Source: an uncultured Anaerolineales bacterium
Lineage (GTDB): Bacteria; Chloroflexota; Anaerolineae; Anaerolineales; UBA6663
Direction: 5' to 3'
NCBI GenBank assembly: GCA_964480865.1
Contig: CAYZRP010000008.1
Coordinates: 9,080 to 73,079, forward strand
DNA: 64,000 nucleotides
This document shows, one piece after another, positions 32,990 to 40,808 of this stretch. Every line of letters starts with the position of its first letter. Within the stretch, counting starts at the first letter, position 1. Under the pieces are notes generated by a model. The model saw only the letters and a program-made list of their open reading frames with translations. It was not told the origin of the DNA and made no database searches. Made by a program: the position numbers and the translations under genes.

Positions 32990-34298
32990 ATGACCATGAA
33001 CATCCTTCTCGTTGGTTCCGGGGGCCGCGAGCACGCGCTCGCCTGGAAGATGAGCGCTTCGGCGAAACTCGAGCGGCTTTGGGTCGCCCCGGGGAACGCG
33101 GGCACGGCCCGGCTCGGGCCGCATGTCACCAATGTGGCGATCGGCTCCGAAGAAGTGAACGCGCTGGTCGCCTTCGCGGTAGAACAGCGCGTCGAGCTTG
33201 TCGTGATCGGACCGGAGGCGCCGCTGGCCGCCGGCCTGGGCGACGCGTTGCGCGCCGCGGGAATCGCTGTGTTCGGGCCGGATCAGGCCGCGGCCGAGAT
33301 CGAGAGCAGCAAAGCCTTCAGCAAAGACTTCATGGCCCGCCATGGCATCCCGACCGCGCGTTACGGCGTGTTCAAGAGCCACGACGATGCGTTGAAATAC
33401 CTGCTCGGCATCGACTATCCGGTCGTGATCAAGGCCTCAGGCCTGGCGGCCGGCAAGGGCGTGATCGTGCCCGACTGCTCGGACGATGCCGAGGCCGCGC
33501 TCCGGCAGATCATGCTCGACCGCGAGTTCGGGTCGGCCGGCGACGAGGTCATCATCGAAGAACGGCTGACGGGTCCCGAGGTCTCGGTGCTGGCCTTCAG
33601 CGACGGCAATACGGTGCGCGTCATGCCGCCGGCGCAGGATCAAGCGCGGCAGCGATGGTGACACCGGCCTCAACACCGGCGGCATGGGCGCCTACGCCCC
33701 GGCGCCGATCGCCACGAGCGCCTTCCTCGAAGACGTGACGCGCAACGTCCTGCAGCGCGCCGTGGACGGCATGCGCCAGGAGGGCCGCCAGTTTGTCGGT
33801 GTGCTCTACGCGGGCCTGATGTTGACACCGGATGGCCCGCGCGTGTTGGAGTTCAACGCGCGCTTCGGCGATCCCGAGACGCAAGTCATCCTGCCGCTCC
33901 TCGAGACCGATCTGGTCGACGTCCTGGAGGCCTGTGCCCAGGGTCGCCTCGCCGAGATCGACCTCGTCTGGAGGCCAGGCGCGGCGGCCTGTGTCGTTCT
34001 GGCCTCTGAAGGCTATCCGGGCGCCTACCCGAAGGGACGTCCGATCATGGGGCTCGACCACGCGTTCGACGACGCCTACGTATTCCACGCCGGCACTGCC
34101 GAACGCGACGGCGCCGTCGTCACAGCTGGTGGCCGCGTCCTGGCGGTCAGCGGCTGGGGCCACGACATCGCCGCGGCCCTTGCCAACGCGTACACGGCTG
34201 TTTCAGGCGTCTCGTTCGAGGGCATGCACTTTCGGAAGGATATTGGATGGAGGGCGCTCAATCCGGAGGTGGGAAACGGGACGAGGGCGGAAGGTTGA
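32990..34298 (+). pseudogene. purD: Phosphoribosylamine-glycine ligase interrupted by a frameshift at ~33641
   Basis: The N-terminal part (MTMNILLVGSGGREHALAWK...VMPPAQD) is in frame 2 and stops at 33661. The C-terminal part (KRGSDGDTGLNTGGMGAYAPAP...FGDPETQ...) is in frame 0. A single c sits where the His codon of the QDHKR motif should be. Confidence 0.85.
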
Positions 34299-34365
34299 TG
34301 GGTCAGCTCTCCCGCATCGCCTCTCCCACTTCCTTCCAAACACGTCTCTGCGATAATGCACCGCT

Positions 34366-36600
34366 ATGGACCTCTTGCGAAAAACCCTGCCCGGACTGTT
34401 GATCGCCAGCCTGTCGCTGAGCGCCTGCGTCATCGATGAGGCGACGCTACGCGAGTTTGAGAGCCAGATGGCTACCGAGGAGTCAATCGCGGCCACTCAG
34501 GACGCCGCGAGCAACGGCTTCGACGGGCCTGTCGCGACGCGCACGCCGCGCCCCACGCGCGTGCCGGCCGCGCAGACGTCTGGGGAGGCCGGCGGCGGGA
34601 CGTGGACGGTGATGCTCTATCAGGACGCCGATGACGAGGTTCTCGAGGAAGATATCTTCCTGGATCTCAACGAGGCAGAGGTGGTCGGGTCGTCTGAGCG
34701 CGTCACGATCGTGTCGCAGCTCGACCGTTACACCGGCGGCTTCCGCGACGATGGCAACTGGTCCACAGCGCGCCGCTTCGTTCTCGAGCCTGACAACGAC
34801 CTCACGACGTTGACCTCGCCGTACACGGACATTGGCGAAGTCAACATGGCCGACGGCGATACGCTTGTCGACTTCGTGGCCTGGGCAGTCGAGAACCACC
34901 CCGCCGATCACTATGCCCTGATCCTGTCGGACCACGGCATGGGCTGGCCGGGCGGCTGGTCGGACCCCTCCGCCCGTGGCATCGGTGCCGATGACGTCGA
35001 GATCGCGCGCAGCTTTGGCGACCTGCTCTATTTGATGGAACTCGATCGAGCGCTGGGCCGGATCCAGAGCGAGGTCGGCATCCGGCAACTGGATTTCCTC
35101 GGCTTCGACGCCTGTCTGATGGCGCATCTCGAGGTCTTTGCTGCGGTGCAGCCATATGCCCGTTACGCGGTCGCCTCGCAGGAGGTCGAGCCCGGCATCG
35201 GCTGGCCCTATGCCGCGATCCTGGCAGAACTCGAGCAGAACGAGACGGCGACGGGCGCCGACCTGGCGCGCTCGGTCGTCGACAACTACATCGTCAACGA
35301 CCTGCGCATCCGTGACGAAGGCCTGCGTCAGGATTACCTCAACGGCCGGTTGGCCAGCGCCGACGTCGTGGCCGATGCCACGGGCAAGTCGGCCACGATG
35401 ACGGCCGTTGATCTGACCCAGTTGCCGGCCGTGATCAGCGAGCTCGACTCGTTCGCGCAGGTGCTCAACAAGCAGGCGCCGCGGACTGTCGCGCGGGCGC
35501 GCACCTACGCTCAGCCATTTACCAGCATCTTCGGCGAGCAGGTCGCGCCGAGTTACATCGACCTCGCGCACTTCGCGGCCCTGGCTGCGCAGGAGTCCGG
35601 CGATCAGTCGGTCGTCGACGCGGCCCGCGCGCTGCTCGACTCGCTGGGCAGCGCTATCCTGAGCGAGCGCTCAGGCCCGGAACGCCCGGGAGCCTACGGC
35701 ATCTCGATCTACTTCCCGAACTCGGATCTGTACCGCACGAACGTCGGCGGCCCGCGCTCGTACGCGGCCATCGCGTCGCGCTTCGCCGAGACATCACTGT
35801 GGGATGACTTCCTGTATGCGTTCTACACCGGCAAGGACTTGCCCCAGCGCAGCCAGCCTGTGGTGAACGTCGATCCCGCCCAGGTGGTGGCGCCGGCAGC
35901 CGGCAACCTGGCGATGGCGCCGCTGCGCGCGTCGTCCACGACCACGACCGCCGATCGGCCGATCAACTTTACGACCCAGATCACGGGCGACAACCTGGGG
36001 TACATCTATCTCTTCGTCGGGTACTACGACACGGCCCGCAACGCGATCCTGTTCGCCGACCAGGATTTCGTCGAATCGCCGACGTCACGCCAGGTCAACG
36101 GTGTCTCGTTTCCAGATTGGGGCACAAGCCCCGTGACGCTCGATTACGCCTGGGAGCCGACGATCTACCTCATCTCGGATGGCACGAACCAGACATTCGC
36201 TCTGCTCAATCCCGAAACGTACGGCGCCAAAGCTTCCGAGTCGACCTACTCCACCGATGGCATCTACACCTTCCAAGGCGGCGACACCCGCGCGGCACGC
36301 CTGATCTGGGACTCGGAAGGCTATCTGCGCGCGATCTACGGCTTCACGAACGCGGATTTCAGTGGCGCACCGAGCGAGATCACGCCCGACGTCGGCGACA
36401 CCTTCACGATCCTGGACCTGTGGTACGACGTCGCCACTCAGGAGTACACCTACGAGAACGGCGACACGCTTACCTTTGGAAACGAGGTCTGGACCTATTC
36501 GGCAGTATCCGCGCCGGCCGGCACATACAACGTCGGCTTCATCGCCGAGGACCTTGACGGAAACTACACGGAGCAGTACGTGGACATCGAGGTCCAGTAG
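34366..36600 (+). CDS. Clostripain-like (C11 family) cysteine peptidase, predicted lipoprotein
   Basis: Lipobox LSLSAC. WTVMLYQDADDE, ALILSDHGMGW (catalytic His-Gly) and FLGFDACLMA (catalytic Cys) resemble the C11 arrangement. There is a long C-terminal beta-rich region. Confidence 0.7.
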   Translation: MDLLRKTLPGLLIASLSLSACVIDEATLREFESQMATEESIAATQDAASNGFDGPVATRTPRPTRVPAAQTSGEAGGGTWTVMLYQDADDEVLEEDIFLDLNEAEVVGSSERVTIVSQLDRYTGGFRDDGNWSTARRFVLEPDNDLTTLTSPYTDIGEVNMADGDTLVDFVAWAVENHPADHYALILSDHGMGWPGGWSDPSARGIGADDVEIARSFGDLLYLMELDRALGRIQSEVGIRQLDFLGFDACLMAHLEVFAAVQPYARYAVASQEVEPGIGWPYAAILAELEQNETATGADLARSVVDNYIVNDLRIRDEGLRQDYLNGRLASADVVADATGKSATMTAVDLTQLPAVISELDSFAQVLNKQAPRTVARARTYAQPFTSIFGEQVAPSYIDLAHFAALAAQESGDQSVVDAARALLDSLGSAILSERSGPERPGAYGISIYFPNSDLYRTNVGGPRSYAAIASRFAETSLWDDFLYAFYTGKDLPQRSQPVVNVDPAQVVAPAAGNLAMAPLRASSTTTTADRPINFTTQITGDNLGYIYLFVGYYDTARNAILFADQDFVESPTSRQVNGVSFPDWGTSPVTLDYAWEPTIYLISDGTNQTFALLNPETYGAKASESTYSTDGIYTFQGGDTRAARLIWDSEGYLRAIYGFTNADFSGAPSEITPDVGDTFTILDLWYDVATQEYTYENGDTLTFGNEVWTYSAVSAPAGTYNVGFIAEDLDGNYTEQYVDIEVQ

Positions 36601-36752
36601 AAGACAACGGCTGGGGCAACAGACTAAGATCCTGTTCGCATCCAGCGTTCTGAGCGCCGACCAGAGTCGCGCCAAGGAAGCGCGAAGAGGAACCTGTCAG
36701 GGTGTGACCGATTCTCTGGCCGATGCGCGCCTGATCGAGTGCAGTAATTTCT

Positions 36753-37811
36753 ATGACTATCCTCCCCGGTGATCCGAAGAGCGATCAAGCCTCAGCCTAC
36801 GCCGAAGCCGGTGTCTCGATCGACGCCGGTAATCGCGCGGTCGACTTGATGAAAGACGCCGTGCGCGCCACCTACGGCCCAGAAGTGTTGGCCGGCATCG
36901 GCGCGTTCGGCGGCCTGTACGATGCAGGAGCGCTCAAGGCCATGCGACGGCCCGTGCTCGTCGCGTCGACCGACGGCGTCGGTACGAAGGTCAAGCTCGC
37001 GGCCAAGGTCGGCCGCTACGACGGCATCGGCCACGACCTCGTCAACCACTGCATCAACGACATCCTCGTACAGGGCGCTCGGCCGTTGTTCTTCATGGAC
37101 TACGTGGCGACGGCGAAACTCGACCCCGACATGATCGCGGCCGTGGTCCGCGGCCTGGCCGCCGCCTGCTCGGCCGCCGGCATCGCGTTGCTCGGTGGTG
37201 AGACGGCTGAGATGCCCGGCGTCTACGCGCCAGGTGAGTTCGACGTCGCCGGCACGATCATCGGCGCGTTGGAGCGCGACGCCATCTTGCCCCGTCCCAC
37301 GCTCGCTGACGGCGACGTGCTTCTGGGCCTGGCCTCATCGGGGCCACACACCAACGGTTTCTCGCTCATCCGCCGGATCCTGGCGGACGCCGATCTCGAA
37401 GTTCCCCTGCCGGAACTCGGTGGGCAGAGCCTGGCCGACGCGACTCTGGCGCCGCATCGTTCCTATCTGCCGGTGGTCGGGCCCATCCTGAGCGATGACG
37501 AACACCCGATCAAGGCGCTCGCTCACCTCACCGGCGGCGGCCTGATCGAAAACCTGCCACGCGTGCTGCCCGAGGGACTCGGCGCGATCGTTCAGCGCGG
37601 CAGCTGGCCGCTGCTGCCGATCTTCGATCTGTTGCAGCGGCGTGGCGAGGTAGATCCGCTTGAGATGCTGCGTGTCTTCAACTGCGGCATCGGCCTGGTC
37701 GTTGTGTGCGCGGCGAACGATGTGGATGCACTCAAGCAGGCGCTGCCGGAAGAGGCCTTCGTGATCGGCCGACTGGCAGCCGGCGGGCGCGGCGTGACGG
37801 TGGTGGACTGA
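36753..37811 (+). CDS. purM: AIR synthetase
   Basis: YAEAGVSIDAGN, GIGAFGGLYD, STDGVGTK and DYVA motifs. Confidence 0.92.
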   Translation: MTILPGDPKSDQASAYAEAGVSIDAGNRAVDLMKDAVRATYGPEVLAGIGAFGGLYDAGALKAMRRPVLVASTDGVGTKVKLAAKVGRYDGIGHDLVNHCINDILVQGARPLFFMDYVATAKLDPDMIAAVVRGLAAACSAAGIALLGGETAEMPGVYAPGEFDVAGTIIGALERDAILPRPTLADGDVLLGLASSGPHTNGFSLIRRILADADLEVPLPELGGQSLADATLAPHRSYLPVVGPILSDDEHPIKALAHLTGGGLIENLPRVLPEGLGAIVQRGSWPLLPIFDLLQRRGEVDPLEMLRVFNCGIGLVVVCAANDVDALKQALPEEAFVIGRLAAGGRGVTVVD

Positions 37812-37812
37812 C

Positions 37813-38394
37813 ATGGCCCGTCGACTGGTCGTCCTCATCTCGGGCAATGGCAGCAACCTCCAGGCTATCCTGGATGCCTGCACGGCCAACGAACTGAATG
37901 CCGCAGTGGTGGCCGTCATCTCCAACAAGCGCGACGCCTATGGGCTCGAACGAGCCCGTCAGGCCGGGATCCCGGCGATCGCGCGCCCACGACCCCTCAG
38001 CCAGCCGCGCGAGCAGTACGACACCGACCTGGCCGATCTTGTCGCTTCGTACGCGCCAGACTTCGTCGTCCTGGCGGGTTGGATGCGCGTCCTGAGCAAT
38101 GCATTCCTGTCGCGGTTTCCGGGTCAGGTGGTCAACCTGCACCCGGCTCTGCCCGGTTGCTTCCCAGGCACCGATGCCATCGCGCGCGCCTACGATGACC
38201 ACGTCACACAGGGGCTGCGCGAAACAGGCGTGATGGTACACTTCGTGCCGGATGAGGGCGTCGATTCGGGGCCTCTCATCGCCGTTGAGCACGTGCCGAT
38301 CCTATTGGACGACACCCTCGACGCTCTGACGGCGCGGATGCACGCCGTCGAACATCGCCTTCTTGTCGCGGCATTGAAATTGCTGACGCCTTGA
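37813..38394 (+). CDS. purN: GAR formyltransferase
   Basis: LVVLISGNGSNLQAI, VVLAGWMRVL, NLHPALP and HFVPDEGVDSGP motifs. Confidence 0.92.
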   Translation: MARRLVVLISGNGSNLQAILDACTANELNAAVVAVISNKRDAYGLERARQAGIPAIARPRPLSQPREQYDTDLADLVASYAPDFVVLAGWMRVLSNAFLSRFPGQVVNLHPALPGCFPGTDAIARAYDDHVTQGLRETGVMVHFVPDEGVDSGPLIAVEHVPILLDDTLDALTARMHAVEHRLLVAALKLLTP

Positions 38395-38397
38395 ACC

Positions 38398-39741
38398 ATG
38401 CTGACACCTATCTACGTCATCGGTCACCTCAATCCAGACACCGACGCCATCGCCTCTGCCATGGGCTATGCCTGGCTCCTGCGAGAACGCGACGGCGCCA
38501 ATGCGATCGCGGCCCGCGCCGGATCGCTCAATCCGCAGACAGCCTGGGTGCTCAAGACTGTGGGCATCGAGCCGCCGGCGCTCCTGGCAGACGCCTCACC
38601 CCGGTTCGAGCGGATCGCGCGGACGCTTCCGCCGATCCTGCCCGAGCGGCCGCTGCGCGAGGCCTGGGCGGTGGCGGCCGACAGCCGGAGTGCGCCCATC
38701 GTGGACGCAGAGGGGAAGCCGCTCGGGCTGGTCACGGGCTCGAGCGTTTTTCAGTTCCTGTCGCGTCAGATGGATGCCCGGGTGGATCTCGACTCGGTTT
38801 CGGTGGCGCGCCTGCTCTCGGTTGCCGCGCGCGACGCGATCGACACAGCCGTGCCGACCTTCAGCCGGTCGATGCGCGTGCGCGATGGCCGCAGCCGCGT
38901 GCTGCGTGAGGAACGCGACGACTTCATCGTCACGGAAGATGACGGCCGCTACTTCGGCATCTGTCGCTCGCCCGACGTGCTCAATCCGCCCCGGCTCCAG
39001 ATCGTGCTCGTGGATCACAACGAGCCGGGCCAGGCGCTCGGCGCGCTGGATGAGGCCGACCTGCTCGAAGTGCTCGACCACCACCGTCTGGGCAACCCCA
39101 ACACGATTCGGCCGATCCCGTTCACGGTCGAGCCCGTCGGCAGCACTTCGACGCTCGTCGCCGAACGCATCCTGGCCGCCGGTCTGACGCCGCCGCGCAC
39201 CATCGCGGCAGTCCTGCTCGCCGGTGTCTGCTCGGACACGCTCGTATTGCGTTCGCCGACCACGACCGACCGCGACCGGCGCGCTGCCGAACGCCTGGCG
39301 GCGACCGCGTTTGATGGCAAGGTCTCGGAACTGCAGTACGAGGGCGTTTCGGATTTCGGCCAGGCCGTGCTGGCAGCCGGCGCCGCCCTCGCCAACCGCG
39401 ACATCGATTCGATCCTGAGCGCGGACCTCAAGTTGTACGAGGGCCGCGACATGAAGTTCGGAGTCGCTCAGGTTGAAGTCGCCAACCTCGAGGAACTCAG
39501 CAGCCGGTTGCCCGAGATCGCGAGCGGCCTCGAGAAGTCCTGCGCGGCGCGCGGACTGGGCCTGATGATCCTGATGGTCACCGACGTCGTCGACGGCGGC
39601 AGCCGTCTGGTGCTGGCCGGCCAGGTCGAACGCCTCAACGACCTGCCCTATCGACGACTGCCGGATGGAACACTTGACGCTCCCGAGTTGGTCAGTCGCA
39701 AGAAACAACTGCTGCCGGTGTTGTTGGCGTTGTTGGAATAG
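38398..39741 (+). CDS. CBS-domain-containing DHH/DHHA2 phosphoesterase (family II inorganic pyrophosphatase-like)
   Basis: GHLNPDTDAIASAMGYAWLL, VLVDHNE and VLDHHRLG (DHH motifs). A CBS-pair-like insertion of about 125 aa follows the first motif. DHHA2-like C-terminus (DLKLY..FGVAQVEV...MVTDV). Starts 3 nt after purN. Confidence 0.7.
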   Translation: MLTPIYVIGHLNPDTDAIASAMGYAWLLRERDGANAIAARAGSLNPQTAWVLKTVGIEPPALLADASPRFERIARTLPPILPERPLREAWAVAADSRSAPIVDAEGKPLGLVTGSSVFQFLSRQMDARVDLDSVSVARLLSVAARDAIDTAVPTFSRSMRVRDGRSRVLREERDDFIVTEDDGRYFGICRSPDVLNPPRLQIVLVDHNEPGQALGALDEADLLEVLDHHRLGNPNTIRPIPFTVEPVGSTSTLVAERILAAGLTPPRTIAAVLLAGVCSDTLVLRSPTTTDRDRRAAERLAATAFDGKVSELQYEGVSDFGQAVLAAGAALANRDIDSILSADLKLYEGRDMKFGVAQVEVANLEELSSRLPEIASGLEKSCAARGLGLMILMVTDVVDGGSRLVLAGQVERLNDLPYRRLPDGTLDAPELVSRKKQLLPVLLALLE

Positions 39742-39771
39742 CCTGCGACTCGATGTTCTGATCGAACGCAC

Positions 39772-39812
39772 AAGCGGGGCATGACGCTGATGATGAGCGC
39801 CACGCCCCGCTT
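39772..39812 (+). terminator. Terminator-like stem-loop after the pyrophosphatase gene
   Basis: AAGCGGGGC ... GCCCCGCTT with an internal CGCT/AGCG helix, followed by TCGTGTGG. The U tract is weak. Confidence 0.35.
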
Positions 39813-39828
39813 TCGTGTGGTCTGCAGG

Positions 39829-40584
39829 TCAGGCGGCCGGCCCGGGTGACAACGGCAGGTGATAGCGACAGAGCAGGCCGGCGCCACCCGCCGCGAGCAG
39901 GTGCCAGAGGCCGTGCCAGGTCATCGGCGCGTCGGGCCAGCACGGCAGGAGGCCGGCCGAGCTCCCCAGCCACACCGCGCCGCCGATCGCGAAACTGGCC
40001 AGGCCGGCCCAAAGCCATATGCGGCTGCCGCGCGGAGCGGGCGCGCGAGCCTCGAGCCACCCGGCGATGACGACCAGGACGCCAAGCATGACCTGTTGCA
40101 GCGACGGAGCCACGACCATCTGAACGCCTCCGAGGGCCAGGGCGACGGCAGCCGCTGCCGCGATCGGAACCCGTTCGGTCGGCCAGCGTCGCCAGGCCGA
40201 CAGCGAGCCGAACAACACGACAAGCCCGAATGTGCCCATCAGGTCGGCCCAATCGCCGAGGCGGGTCAGTGAGGCGTGGTAGAACGTCGACCCGAAGGCG
40301 GTCACAAGCACAAAGGCTGAGGCAATCCAACGCCGTCGATCACGGCCATCGAAGAGGCCCACCGCGGTGGCGAGGCCCACGGCCAGGAAGCCCAGGTTCG
40401 ATTCGGTCGCGACTGTCTGGCGCACGAACTGCGCGTGGATCGGCTCGCAATAGCAGTTGGCGAACAGGCAGCCGTCGGGCGGCCAGTCGCTCCAGATCTC
40501 GGGGCCCGTGCCGACCCAGCGCAGGCCCGCCCACGCGGCCAGCGCCCCGACGACAACGAGTGCCAGACCAGGGGTTGATTTCAT
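39829..40584 (-). CDS. Integral membrane protein, possibly ceramidase-family
   Basis: About 7 TM segments. The N-terminal segment CYCEPIH..FVRQTVATESNLGFLAVG resembles the ceramidase-family pattern (C.CE...NT.SNL.F) as I recall it. Confidence 0.5.
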   Translation of the reverse strand: MKSTPGLALVVVGALAAWAGLRWVGTGPEIWSDWPPDGCLFANCYCEPIHAQFVRQTVATESNLGFLAVGLATAVGLFDGRDRRRWIASAFVLVTAFGSTFYHASLTRLGDWADLMGTFGLVVLFGSLSAWRRWPTERVPIAAAAAVALALGGVQMVVAPSLQQVMLGVLVVIAGWLEARAPAPRGSRIWLWAGLASFAIGGAVWLGSSAGLLPCWPDAPMTWHGLWHLLAAGGAGLLCRYHLPLSPGPAA

Positions 40585-40650
40585 CTCACGATCGTATCGT
40601 CAACGATCGTTTTTCGGCGTTAGCGGTTGTTTAGCGCGTCTTTCGTCCCC

Positions 40651-40786
40651 AGAAACCGGGAGTGCGAACGGCGCGTCTCGGTCCATGAGAACCGTCATTC
40701 GCACTCCCGGTTTCTTATCGACCTGACGCGCCGTTCGCACTCCCGGTTTCTTATCGACCTGACACGTCGTTCGCACTCCCGGTTTC
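40651..40786. repeat. 27-bp perfect inverted repeat plus a 36-bp tandem array (2.7 copies)
   Basis: AGAAACCGGGAGTGCGAACGGCGCGTC (40651..40677) is the exact reverse complement of 40725..40751. Tandem units lie at 40689..40724, 40725..40760 and 40761..40786, sharing the core TTCGCACTCCCGGTTTC. Confidence 0.85.
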
Positions 40787-40808
40787 GCAAATCAGGTACA
40801 GTTGGCCC

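Noticed and set aside
32980-33738. 252-aa third-frame ORF spanning the purD frameshift site.
   Set aside because: Its translation is Arg/Gly/Pro-rich with no PurD similarity. The two PurD-like frames account for the locus.
40689-40786. Possible mini-CRISPR array (regularly spaced 17-nt core TTCGCACTCCCGGTTTC with 36-nt period).
   Set aside because: The 19-nt 'spacers' are themselves near-identical (ttatcgacctgacRcgYcg), so this is a simple tandem repeat. Only about 2.7 units are present and there are no cas genes.
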